In this document: positions 26,734 through 36,241 of the stretch, piece after piece | Layout: each line of letters starts with the position of its first letter | How positions within the stretch are numbered: the stretch's first letter is position 1 | Source: an uncultured Acidobacteriota bacterium | Lineage (GTDB): Bacteria; Acidobacteriota; Thermoanaerobaculia; Gp7-AA8 | DNA: 64,000 nt | Direction: 5' to 3' | Assembly: GCA_963822445.1 (NCBI GenBank) | Contig: CAWGHO010000003.1 | Location: forward strand, 1,152,001 to 1,216,000 | Notes under the pieces: model-generated | The model's database searches: none | What the model was told of the DNA's origin: nothing | What the model saw: the letters and a program-made list of their open reading frames with translations, nothing else | Program-made: the position numbers and the translations under genes

Positions 26734-29700
26734 ATGACCCAGGAGACCCGCCGCAACATCTTTCGGTACGGCATCGCCATCGATCTGGTGATCCTGGCGA
26801 CCGGAATAGGAATGATGTTGCCGATGTCGCCGCGGGCGCTGGTGATCATGTACGTCGGCGCGATCGCGCTGACGGTGTGGAAGGGCGGGTGGAAGGGCGG
26901 TCTCGCGGCGTTGGGGCTGTCGGTGCTCGCGCTGCTGTCGATGTTCCCGTCGGAGACCGGCGCGGCGCAGCTCATCGAGCTCACCGGTGCCGCGGTCGCC
27001 GCCGGCGCGATCATCAGCGCCGCGCAGGTTCCGCGCATGCCCGTGATGCAGCCCGCCGCCGCGGCGCTGCGCTCGAACGTCGTCGCGTTCAATGCTTCTG
27101 TCATCGATGAGGAAGAAATCGCGCGCGAATCGCTAGAGCGTCATCGCATCGCGCGCACGCTCGAGAAGACTGCGGCGATTCAGATTGAAACGCTTCGTCG
27201 TGATGCCGAACGAGCGCGTCGCGAAGCCGAGGAAATGGCCGTACGCGAGCGCGAAGCAGCGGAACGCGCCGTTCAGGAAGAAGCGCGGCGCCTGGCCGAG
27301 CAACAGCGGCGCGCCGCGGAAGAAGAAGTCCTGCGCCGCGCCGAAGAGGAGCATCGCGCTGCGGAGGCCCGCGAGCGCGAGCGGATGGAACGGCACCGCG
27401 TCGAAGAGGATCGCGCCGTCGCGGAGCGCAATCGCGCGGCCGAGGAGCTCGCCGGGCAGCTCGCGCGCGAGCGGGAAGAGATGGAACGCATCGCTCGCGC
27501 CGAAGCGGAGCGCATCGCCGAGGAACAGCGGCGTGTCGAAGCGGAACTGACGCAGCAGCTCGCCCGCGAGCGCGAAGAAGCGCAGCGTCTCCTCCAGGAG
27601 CGGCTCGAGACCGAACGCCGCGTCGCTGAAGAAGAACTGCGGTCGCGTCTCGAAGCCGAGCGCGAAGCGTTGCGCGTGCAGATGGAGAAGCAGCTCGCCG
27701 CGGAGCGCGAAGCGATCGAGCGGGAAGCTGCCGCGCGCGTCGAGGCTGCGCGGAAAGCCGCTGAAGAAGAAGCCAGCCGTCGTGTCGCGGAAACGGCCAC
27801 GAAGCGGGTCCCGCCGCCGGCGCCGAAGCACACGGTCGTCGATTCGCTCAAGCAGACGTTCAGCGGCTGGTTTCAGAGCGCCGAGCCGCACCGGCCCGTG
27901 CCGCCGAAGCGAAAAATCGCGACCAACGTGGCGCCGCCGCGAAAGGCAGCGACGACGAACGGGTCGCCGGCACGCCGGGTCACGCGATCGCAACCGGTTC
28001 AGCGCAAGCCGCGGCTGCTGATGGTCGAGCGCCGTCGCGCCACCGCGGACACCGCCGCGCCGAAGTTGCGCCAGCGCGGCATGGAAGTCGGCGTGGTCGA
28101 GCGATGGGTCGACGCTGTGGACGAGATCTTCCGCGTTCGCCCCGATGCCATCGTCCTCGACGTCGAGCATCCCGAGTTCGAGAAGATCCACTACACGCTG
28201 ACAACCAAGTACAGCGACATGCCGATCGTCCTCAGTGGACGGTCGAGCACTGCCGCTCCTGCCACGTCCCGCCGCGCCGCGTTCGTCGTCCGGCCGTACG
28301 ACGTGGACGAACTGGTGCGGCTGGCGGAAAAGGCGAGCTCGCGTCCGGAGGATCTGCTGGCCGAGCAGGCCGCGCCGCGTGTCGCACCGAAAGCGCCGGT
28401 GGCACCGGCGTCGCGGCCAATCGCCGAACAGAGGCCGCAACCGCGACCCGTTGCCGTTGCGCCGGTGGTTGTTTCTTCTGCACCCTCGGACACATACGAG
28501 GTCGGTTGCTTCTCCTGCCGCGTCGAATTCGATGCCGTCGAAGCAGACTGGTGCAGCTGCCTGGCGAAAGAGCGCTCGCTGGTCTGCACGAACTGCCTTT
28601 CCTGCTTCTGCAAAGCACCTCCCGCGTACAAAGAGAAGTTCTGGGTCGAAGCACCGCCGCGACTGTTCGAGCGCAAGACCTCCGACGCGCGCCGGCAGCA
28701 GAATGTGCTTCCGCCGAATCCTGCGCCAGCCGATGTGAAGCGGCCCCTGGTCCTCACCGTCGAAGACGACGAGGACATCCAGGCCATCATCGCCCGCGTC
28801 TGCTCGAACCTCGGCTACGGCTTCATCTACGCAACCAACGGTCAGGACGGCCTCGAGGTCGCGCGTGAATACCGGCCGAACCTCATCCTCTCCGACGCGT
28901 TCATGCCGAAGCTCGACGGCCGGGAGATGTGCCGCATCCTCAAGGAAGACCCGGGCTTCGATTGCAAGATGGTCGTGATGACCGGCCTGTACACCGACAC
29001 GAAGTATCGGAGCGAGGCCCTCAAGCGGTTCCACGTCGACGACTACATCGCCAAGCCCGTCTCCATCACCGATCTGATCAACCTTCTGCAGAGACATCTG
29101 GAAGGCATCGCCGGTCTTCCCATGCAGGAAGATCTGCACGAGCTTCATCGCCAGGACATCTTCGAGGAGGAGGATGAGCTCGAGAGCAGTCTGGAAGGGG
29201 AGCCGGCCGAGGAAGGGATTGCGCTGGCTGATCTGCTCGACACGCCACGGACGATCGAAGTGCGGCCGCGGCTCGTTGCCGTTCCGAAGAGCGACTCCTA
29301 CGACGTCTGCTGCTTCAACTGCCAGAACACCTTCGACGCGACCCGCGCGGATTGGTGCACGTGCGTGGGCCGCGATCAGACCGTGGTCTGCACGCACTGC
29401 GGCGGATGCTTCTGCAAGTCTCCCGCGGCGTACAAAGAGCGGTTCTGGATGGACGCGCCGCCGTCGCTGTTCGAGCGGAAGATGCTCGGCTCGAAGCGGC
29501 ACCATGGCGAGAAGGCCAATCCTGTTCCGTCCGACGTCAAGCGTCCGCTGATCCTGCTCGTTGAAGACGACGAGAACGTGCAACTGATAGTGAAGACAGT
29601 CGTTACGACGATGGGCTTTGGATTCGTGGTCGGTGCGAACGGGCAGGAAGGCCTGAGCCTCGCCCGCGAGTACAACCCCGACCTCATCCTGTCCGACGCG

Positions 29701-29931
29701 TTCATGCCGAAGCTCGATGGACGGGAGATGTGCCGCCTGTTGAAAGAGGATCCGGCGACGTCGCGCTCGAAGGCGATCATCATGACCGGCCTGTACACCG
29801 ATCGTAAGTACCGCAACGAGGCCCTCGACTACTTCAAGGTCGACGATTACGTGGCCAAGCCGCTGGCCGTCGACGATCTGATCAAACTGTTCAAGAAGCA
29901 TCTGCCCCAGGAAGTCCAGGCGGCGAACTAA
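26734..29931 (+). CDS. Membrane-anchored multi-receiver protein: TM domain, E/R-rich helix, degenerate REC, then 2x (8-Cys module + REC)
   Basis: Four hydrophobic N-terminal segments; two RECs each with VEDD, ILSDAFMPKLDG, MTG and KP; duplicated CxxC..CxC..CxxCxxCxC. Confidence 0.88.
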   Translation: MTQETRRNIFRYGIAIDLVILATGIGMMLPMSPRALVIMYVGAIALTVWKGGWKGGLAALGLSVLALLSMFPSETGAAQLIELTGAAVAAGAIISAAQVPRMPVMQPAAAALRSNVVAFNASVIDEEEIARESLERHRIARTLEKTAAIQIETLRRDAERARREAEEMAVREREAAERAVQEEARRLAEQQRRAAEEEVLRRAEEEHRAAEARERERMERHRVEEDRAVAERNRAAEELAGQLAREREEMERIARAEAERIAEEQRRVEAELTQQLAREREEAQRLLQERLETERRVAEEELRSRLEAEREALRVQMEKQLAAEREAIEREAAARVEAARKAAEEEASRRVAETATKRVPPPAPKHTVVDSLKQTFSGWFQSAEPHRPVPPKRKIATNVAPPRKAATTNGSPARRVTRSQPVQRKPRLLMVERRRATADTAAPKLRQRGMEVGVVERWVDAVDEIFRVRPDAIVLDVEHPEFEKIHYTLTTKYSDMPIVLSGRSSTAAPATSRRAAFVVRPYDVDELVRLAEKASSRPEDLLAEQAAPRVAPKAPVAPASRPIAEQRPQPRPVAVAPVVVSSAPSDTYEVGCFSCRVEFDAVEADWCSCLAKERSLVCTNCLSCFCKAPPAYKEKFWVEAPPRLFERKTSDARRQQNVLPPNPAPADVKRPLVLTVEDDEDIQAIIARVCSNLGYGFIYATNGQDGLEVAREYRPNLILSDAFMPKLDGREMCRILKEDPGFDCKMVVMTGLYTDTKYRSEALKRFHVDDYIAKPVSITDLINLLQRHLEGIAGLPMQEDLHELHRQDIFEEEDELESSLEGEPAEEGIALADLLDTPRTIEVRPRLVAVPKSDSYDVCCFNCQNTFDATRADWCTCVGRDQTVVCTHCGGCFCKSPAAYKERFWMDAPPSLFERKMLGSKRHHGEKANPVPSDVKRPLILLVEDDENVQLIVKTVVTTMGFGFVVGANGQEGLSLAREYNPDLILSDAFMPKLDGREMCRLLKEDPATSRSKAIIMTGLYTDRKYRNEALDYFKVDDYVAKPLAVDDLIKLFKKHLPQEVQAAN

Positions 29932-29973
29932 ACCGCTGGCGTATCTCCTGCATTTGTCGAGTTCGGCAAACCG

Positions 29974-31029
29974 ATGATTGCGACGAAGCTATTAGCGCTT
30001 GCATTGATGGCGGCGCTCAACCCGCTCGTGGCCCGTGCGCCCGAACCGCGCGGCATGACTCCCGAAAATTGCGAAGTCAGCGACGCGCCGCCGATGCCGC
30101 GCACGGTCATCGCTGCCGCGGATCTTCCCGGTGAGGAATCGGCGATGCCCCTTCCGCCGGTCAGGCCGGCCGCGCGCGCGTTGCCGGCATCGACTTCGTC
30201 CGCTCACGTCTCCGAGTTGAAACGCGCGCTGGCCGCGAACGACCGTCCCGCGTTCGACGCGGCGCTGGCGCGCGCGAAGGAAGATGGGGTGGCGACGCGC
30301 GTCTACGAGGACATCGCCCGCATCTGGGACGCGCAGTTCCAGTCGCCGTTCTTCGCCGAGGATTCGGATGCGTATCGCGTGGCGAGCTCGTATCCGGGAT
30401 ACGCGGAGGCGGTGCGCCGTCAGGTGTTCACCGATGCCAGCGGCAGGAAGTACTACCCGGCCGCGGAGTCCCGCGCATTCGTCGCGACGCACGCCGGCGT
30501 GCGATCGCCGACCTCGCGTCGCATCACGACGACGACTGACAGAAAACCTGCTCCGACGCCATCCAGAACGACTCCATCGCGAACGACCACTCGCCGGTCC
30601 ACGCCGGCGACGTCCGGCAAAACAGCAAGCTCAAAACCCGCCGCGAGCAGAAAGAAGGCGCCGCCGAGCTCACCCGATCCCTCGGCACCGCCCAGGATCG
30701 CCGCGCGGGAGCCCGCGCCGGTGGTGGCTTCTCCGGCCGTCGAGAAATCGCCGGCCAGTGCACCACCGGCCGCGGGGATGTTGGACACCGCGGCGCCGTC
30801 CCCGCCAGCCGCCGATCCGATGGCAACCGACACGGACACCAGGCTGACTGACACGGTGGCCGCCGACACGATGACCACGTCCGCCGTCACGGAAACCGGC
30901 ACCACGGCTCCGGTCACGACCACCACCGCCGCCGCGGAACCGGCGAAGGGCCGGCCGATCCTCATCCCGGCGATCCTCATCCTGATCGGCCTGGGCGTGC
31001 TGATCCTCCTTTTCCGCACCAAGGCCTAG
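29974..31029 (+). CDS. Exported Thr/Pro-rich protein with C-terminal TM anchor
   Basis: Signal peptide, low-complexity T/P/A linker, ILIPAILILIGLGVLILLF-RTKA tail. Confidence 0.75.
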   Translation: MIATKLLALALMAALNPLVARAPEPRGMTPENCEVSDAPPMPRTVIAAADLPGEESAMPLPPVRPAARALPASTSSAHVSELKRALAANDRPAFDAALARAKEDGVATRVYEDIARIWDAQFQSPFFAEDSDAYRVASSYPGYAEAVRRQVFTDASGRKYYPAAESRAFVATHAGVRSPTSRRITTTTDRKPAPTPSRTTPSRTTTRRSTPATSGKTASSKPAASRKKAPPSSPDPSAPPRIAAREPAPVVASPAVEKSPASAPPAAGMLDTAAPSPPAADPMATDTDTRLTDTVAADTMTTSAVTETGTTAPVTTTTAAAEPAKGRPILIPAILILIGLGVLILLFRTKA

Positions 31030-31061
31030 AACGAAATCTCCAATCAGGTCAGGGTGTTGAG

Positions 31062-31067
31062 TACAAT
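31062..31067 (+). promoter_or_regulatory. -10 box (TACAAT) of the tRNA gene
   Basis: Near-consensus hexamer 18 nt upstream of the tRNA. Confidence 0.5.
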
Positions 31068-31085
31068 CCGCACTCCTTCCGTCAT

Positions 31086-31162
31086 GCGCCCGTAGCTCAG
31101 CTGGATAGAGCGTTCGCCTCCGGAGCGAAAGGTCGCAGGTTCGAATCCTGCCGGGCGCACCA
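31086..31162 (+). tRNA. tRNA-Arg(CCG)
   Basis: GCGCCCG/CGGGCGC acceptor stem, D-arm AGCTCAGCTGGATAGAGC, anticodon arm TTCGC-CTCCGGA-GCGAA, GGTTCGAATCC, encoded CCA. Confidence 0.97.
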
Positions 31163-31170
31163 AAACAATC

Positions 31171-31449
31171 TCACCGCCGCCGCGTCAACGAAGACTCGAG
31201 CACATCCTCTTTTTCCTCTTCCTCCACTTCACAGCCGAGGATGAAGCCGACCACGGTGAGGAGCGCACTTACGCCGATTGCAGCGAGCGGCCAGCCGGGA
31301 ATCGTGGCGAAGAACGCGATGCCCAGCAGGCCCGCGGCCATGAGGTAGAACGAGGCCTGGATGTGTCGCCGCCAGGTTGCGTGGCAGGCGATGCAAACAG
31401 CGGCGAGCGTGATGGCGCCCATGAACAACTGAAAGATCTTCGGTTCCAT
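31171..31449 (-). CDS. Small membrane protein (3 TM, acidic tail)
   Basis: SD GGAG before the ATG; MEPKIFQLFMGAITLAAV..., three hydrophobic helices. Confidence 0.7.
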   Translation of the reverse strand: MEPKIFQLFMGAITLAAVCIACHATWRRHIQASFYLMAAGLLGIAFFATIPGWPLAAIGVSALLTVVGFILGCEVEEEEKEDVLESSLTRRR

Positions 31450-31602
31450 CTTGGTCTCCAGGCCTCGCTCTCCGGAGTCCGCGGTGATCCACAGGCCGTG
31501 CCCCGGAGTCCGCGTCGAGGTACTTATCCGGAGCGACGTGACGCAGAACACAACCGGCTGAGACTTCGCGCCTGCGATTTGCATCGCATAATCGCCTCGG
31601 AA

Positions 31603-32825
31603 ATGATCAGCCCGGCCCCTACCGCGTCTCTTCAGCACGTGGTGCGCTTGAAAGAGACCGGAGATCTCGATCGCGCCGCGCGTGCAGCCGAAGATGCGCT
31701 TCGGCACGAGAGCGATTCCTCCGATCAACTCGCGTTGCTCCGCGAGCTCGCCGACATCCAGGCGAAGAAAGGGCAGTGGGCTCTCGCGCAGCAGGCCATC
31801 GATCGCGGGCTCGCGCTCGTCGACCGGTTGCGCGACGACGAAGCGCGCGATGCGTTGCTCGAGCGCCGCGCCTGGGTTTTCTTTCGCGAAGGCAAGATCG
31901 CCGAGGCCAAGCGGCTTTGTGAGGAGATGCTCGGGCGGCTGCGCGATTCGAATCGCGTCGGCCTGCTCGCTGACCTCCTCAATACCCGCGGTGGCATCGC
32001 CTGGCAGGAGGGGCGGATCGACGACGCCATGGCCGCCATCGGGGAGAGCATCTCCCTCTACGATCTCGCCCGGAATCAGAACGGCGCCGCCCACAGCCGC
32101 CTGAACCTCGGCATCCTCTGCTTCGCCCGGGGAGACTGGCAGCGCGCGCGCCGCTATCTCGTGCAATCGCGGCGCATCCGCGCCGCGAGCGGGGCAACGT
32201 CCGGCCTGGCCCTCGTGCTCCTGAACCTCGGCCAGGTGGAACTGGCCAGCGGGAAGTTGAGCCTCGCGCGCCGCTACCTCGATGAGAGCGCGGAGCGGAG
32301 CCGTGCCGCCGGCGAGGAGCATGAGGCGCTCTTCGCGGAGATGGCCCTGGCCCAGATCGACCTTTTCGAGAATCGGATCGACGATGCCGCGGCGCGGATC
32401 GGCCAGATCATGCGCGCTCGCCAGGCCCTGACCGGGGATGCGCTGGTTCAGGCCCTCTGGCTGCAGGCGCTCATCGAGTGCCGCCGTGGAAACGTCGACC
32501 ATGCCATCGACCTCGCCAGGGATGCCCGGCGGAAGGCCCACGGGACCGGAATTGCTGAGTCCAGTGCCGATGCCTGCCGGGCTCTTGGCACAATTTACCG
32601 ATCGGCCGGCCGGTTCGACGACGCAAAGGCCCTTCTGGACGAGTCCCTGATGCTGGCGCGGAAGGCCGAGGACCCTTATCGGAGGGCGCTTGCTGATTCG
32701 AGCTCTCGGAAGTGACCGGCGACTCGGTTCGGGCGAGCTCTGCAGTGACCGTTTTCAAGCGGTTGGGGGCCAAATACGACCTCACACGGGCCAAATTTGG
32801 AAAGTTGCTCGCCCCGAAAATGTGA
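31603..32825 (+). CDS. Stand-alone TPR protein; 1-nt deletion near 32697 stops the annotated frame at 32715
   Basis: ERRAWVFFRE, LNTRGG, NLG repeats, DPYRRALA. The shifted frame continues FELSEV...VFKRLGAKYDLTRA to TGA 32823..32825, matching the paralog's VFQHLGAKRDLARA. Confidence 0.8.
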
Positions 32826-32933
32826 TCTACGTCACATTCTGACTCTTTCAGACTTCCCTCACGCTCAGTTGGTAGTAGGTTCGCACTAGGCGGCGGTCGG
32901 AACCGAGACAATACAGAGAAGCTGAGGACTCAC

Positions 32934-35900
32934 ATGACGGGCAAAGTGCGGCAGTCACATTGCGTCGTAATGATGTGGGCAGTAATCGCGGTTGTTCTGA
33001 GCACCACGACGTCGTTTGCAGCAACACCATCCGCGTACGTCGAGCAATCACTGCTCGACCGGCGTGGCAACGTGCCGGTCATCGTGACCGCACGGGACTC
33101 GCGAACCGCGGCCCTGGCGGTTCGCAGCGCCGGCGGGCGCGTCACCAGCGACCTCTGGATCGTCGACGCGGTCGCCGCGAGCGTCCCCGTTCGCTCGATC
33201 GAGCGTCTGGCGAAGAAGCCCGGGATCGTCTCCGTCGTCGAGAACAAGCAGGTTCGCGCGGCGGGCGAGTGGAACGGATGGGTGAGCGATCTGCGCATCC
33301 TGAAGGGCCAGTACTCGGTCGCCGGCACGATGTACGGAGCGCCGACGCACCTTCCCGACGGCGGCTTCGTCCAGGTCGGGACCGAGGGCGAAATCCTGAT
33401 CGTCAACGCCGACGGCTCGGAGAAAGCGCGCGTGAAGCTCACGAACGGCGGCCCGTTCTACGGCTCGGCCGGCGCCGACGCCAGCGGCCGCATCTTCGTC
33501 CCCGCGGTCTACGGCGTGATGTACGGGCTTTCCGCGGACGGAGCGATCCTCTGGGAAAACGCGTCGATGCTGAACACGACGTACTTTTACCCGACGCCCG
33601 TCGTCTCCAGCGACGGCACGGTCATCGTCGTCGCCTACAACGGCGTCGTCTACGGCTTCGACCCCGACAACGGCTCGATCCGCTGGTCGCAGTCGATCCT
33701 CCGCAACAACGCCGAGTACAAGACCTCGCCGATCATTGGACCGGACGACACGATGTACGTCAGCAGCGACAACGGTGAAGTCTTCGCCGTGACGTCGACC
33801 GGCGGTGTGAAGTGGTCGGCCAGCATCAACGGCAACCAGAAGGGGAGCTACGCGGGGGCCACGCCGGTTCTACGCGGCGGCACGCTGTACGTCAACGCCG
33901 GCTCGAAGCTCGTCGGATTCGACGCGGCCATGGGCGCGATCCGCTTTTCCTTCACCGCCGATTCGACGCTGATCGGATCACCGACGCTCGCGCCGGACGG
34001 CGGCGTCATCATCGCCTCGGCGGCCAAGGTCTACGCCCTGACCTCCACCGGACAGATGCAGTGGACGGCGGCGTCCACCGGCAACGTCTTCATCCGCCAG
34101 CCGCTGGTCTCGCCCGACAACACCAGCGTTTACGTCGCCATCGACACCGCCAAAGGCAAGACCGCGCAGGGCATCACCGCCTTCAAGCGCGTTGGTGGCC
34201 AGGCCAAGTGGACCGCACCGTACGCGCTCGGCGTGAACACGCTCATCGCCGATCCAGTCATCGACGCCGACGGCGGCGTGATCTTCACCGCCTCGAACAC
34301 GAGCATGTATCGCCTCAATCCGGACGGTACCGAGTCGCACCGCCTCAAGACCCACACCGCGATCACGCATCTCTCCCAGGCTTCGGACTCGGGCAACATC
34401 GTCATCCGCCTCAGCGCCGCCCCGCAGCTCATGTTCGCCGGCCGCCTGCCGAACGCATGGAACGGCCGCCCCGACGTGGAGAAGGGCTCATCGAGGGGCC
34501 GGTACAAGCTCGTCAATCCGTACACCGTCGACATCGGCGCCGATCAGGTTCACAAGAAGACGGTCACTGGTACGTCGACGTTCCTCCGCGGCAACGGTGT
34601 CACCGTCGCCGTCGTGGACAGCGGCGTGTACTGGGATCCCGACGTGAAGTCGATCCTCGGTCCCCAGCTCCAGCAGCAGTTCGCCGGCCAGGCTGACTAC
34701 GTCGATCCGACCTGCGGCTCCGCGTCGGGCTGCACCCAGCATGGCGACTACGCCTTCTTCGATTTCAACGGCAGCCGCGACACGTACGGCCACGGCACGC
34801 ACGTCGCCGGCACGGTCTCGAACAAGCTCCTCTACGAAGCGCTCGCGCAGGGGCAGAACTCCGACCAGATCTTCATCGGCGTGGCGCCCGACGCGAAGAT
34901 TCTGAGCGTCCGCGTCCTCGGCTCCGACGGCACCGGCTCATACGAGTCGGTGGTCAAGGGCATCCAGTACGTCGTCGACAACAAGGACAAGTACGGCGTG
35001 CGCGTGCTGAACCTCAGCATCAGCGCCTTCGCTACGGTTCCGTACTTCGTCGACCCGCTCAATCGCGCGGTCGAGCGGGCCTGGCAGAAGGGGATCGTCG
35101 TTCTCGCCGCGGCCGGTAACGTCGGCCCGTTCGCGCAGACGATCACCGTGCCCGGCAACGATCCCTACGTCATCACCGTCGGCGCGGTGAACTCGCGGCG
35201 TACCGCGGGCTACTGGAAGGACGACATCGTCGCGGGCTGGTCCGCCACCGGACCGACGCATGACGGATTCGTGAAGCCGGACATCCTCGCGCCGGGCTCG
35301 CAGATCGTGTCGTACATGTACAACGATCCGAGCGGCACGAACACGCCGGCGCTCGTTCGCCAGCATCCCGACTATTCATCCGACCCGACCCTGTTCCGCA
35401 TGAACGGAACGAGCATGGCCACGGGCGTTGCCTCCGGCGTCGTCGCACTGATGCTGCAGGCCAACCCGAGCCTCACGCCCGACCAGGTGAAGTTCCGCCT
35501 CATGGACACCGCGCGTGCATCGCTCGAAGGCGACGAGCCGGCATTCAACGTGTTCCAGCAGGGCGCCGGACGCATCTGGGCACCCGATGCGGTCTTCGCC
35601 ACGTCGACCGCGGCGGCCAATGCGGGTTTGAGTCTCCCCGGCGATCTCGCGCGCGGCTATGAGACCGTCGAGGACCTGGCGTACCACTATCAGGGCCCGG
35701 TGCAGAGACAGCTCAGCGACGGCGGTAACGCGTGGCTCTACTACGTCGACAACGGCGGCGAGATGATCGGCCTCGGCGTATCTGATCTGAACGGCCGCTG
35801 GCTCAGCCGGAGCGATGCTCTCAGTGGGGCCTATGCCTGGGGCGGCGGAACGTCCTTCACCTGGGCCGGCGGTCTGTCCGGCGTCGATCTAGCCAAGAAC

Positions 35901-36218
35901 GGTCATGTCACCTGGAGCAGCATCAAGCTGATCTGGGGCGGCGGCGGGCCAGGTGGCGCCATCAAGCTGATCTGGGGCGGCCTCACCGGCAGCATCAAGT
36001 TGATCTGGGGCGGCTCGGGTCCCTGGGAGGGCGGCCCGGCCTGGGGCAGCATCAAGCTGATCTGGGGCGGCGACGCCGGAACGTACGCGGGCTCGCGCAT
36101 GTCGTGGGTGAGCTCCGTCTCAACGCATCGTCCGACCGGAAGCAACCACGCCTGGGTCGGAGACGATTGGGTCGAGCCACCCGTCAACACCACTCCATCC
36201 CCTGCAGGTACGCAATAG
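32934..36218 (+). CDS. Secreted subtilisin-like S8 peptidase with inserted PQQ/BamB-like beta-propeller and Trp-Gly repeat tail
   Basis: SD GAGGA; signal peptide; prodomain; propeller repeats (G.VY..D..G...W); triad VAVVDSG / HGTHVAG / GTSMAT; oxyanion AAGN; 4x IKLIWGG. Confidence 0.95.
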   Translation: MTGKVRQSHCVVMMWAVIAVVLSTTTSFAATPSAYVEQSLLDRRGNVPVIVTARDSRTAALAVRSAGGRVTSDLWIVDAVAASVPVRSIERLAKKPGIVSVVENKQVRAAGEWNGWVSDLRILKGQYSVAGTMYGAPTHLPDGGFVQVGTEGEILIVNADGSEKARVKLTNGGPFYGSAGADASGRIFVPAVYGVMYGLSADGAILWENASMLNTTYFYPTPVVSSDGTVIVVAYNGVVYGFDPDNGSIRWSQSILRNNAEYKTSPIIGPDDTMYVSSDNGEVFAVTSTGGVKWSASINGNQKGSYAGATPVLRGGTLYVNAGSKLVGFDAAMGAIRFSFTADSTLIGSPTLAPDGGVIIASAAKVYALTSTGQMQWTAASTGNVFIRQPLVSPDNTSVYVAIDTAKGKTAQGITAFKRVGGQAKWTAPYALGVNTLIADPVIDADGGVIFTASNTSMYRLNPDGTESHRLKTHTAITHLSQASDSGNIVIRLSAAPQLMFAGRLPNAWNGRPDVEKGSSRGRYKLVNPYTVDIGADQVHKKTVTGTSTFLRGNGVTVAVVDSGVYWDPDVKSILGPQLQQQFAGQADYVDPTCGSASGCTQHGDYAFFDFNGSRDTYGHGTHVAGTVSNKLLYEALAQGQNSDQIFIGVAPDAKILSVRVLGSDGTGSYESVVKGIQYVVDNKDKYGVRVLNLSISAFATVPYFVDPLNRAVERAWQKGIVVLAAAGNVGPFAQTITVPGNDPYVITVGAVNSRRTAGYWKDDIVAGWSATGPTHDGFVKPDILAPGSQIVSYMYNDPSGTNTPALVRQHPDYSSDPTLFRMNGTSMATGVASGVVALMLQANPSLTPDQVKFRLMDTARASLEGDEPAFNVFQQGAGRIWAPDAVFATSTAAANAGLSLPGDLARGYETVEDLAYHYQGPVQRQLSDGGNAWLYYVDNGGEMIGLGVSDLNGRWLSRSDALSGAYAWGGGTSFTWAGGLSGVDLAKNGHVTWSSIKLIWGGGGPGGAIKLIWGGLTGSIKLIWGGSGPWEGGPAWGSIKLIWGGDAGTYAGSRMSWVSSVSTHRPTGSNHAWVGDDWVEPPVNTTPSPAGTQ
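35922..36071 (+). repeat. Four 21-nt intragenic repeats encoding IKLIWGG
   Basis: atcaagYtgatctggggcggc at 35922, 35961, 35994 and 36051. Confidence 0.95.
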
Positions 36219-36241
36219 AGAGGTAGGCATCGCAAGGAGAC

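Noticed and set aside
27133-29901. 922-aa antisense ORF, and similar long ORFs at 6082..7752, 46874..48790, 52657..54474 and 54400..56235
   Set aside because: Shadow frames of well-supported genes in high-GC DNA; no motifs of their own.
31086-31162. tRNA-Arg as integration site for the S8/TPR/cyclase locus
   Set aside because: No integrase, no duplicated tRNA 3' end seen in the window, and no evident GC shift.
32869-32885. Sigma54-like GG-N10-GC upstream of the S8 gene
   Set aside because: Spacing fits but flanks (TGGTAGT...TTCGC) match TGGCAC/TTGC poorly; likely chance.
35922-36071. Repeat-spacer pattern as a mini CRISPR array
   Set aside because: Repeats are 21 nt, in frame within a CDS, with a synonymous variant; spacers are 12-36 nt multiples of 3; no cas genes.
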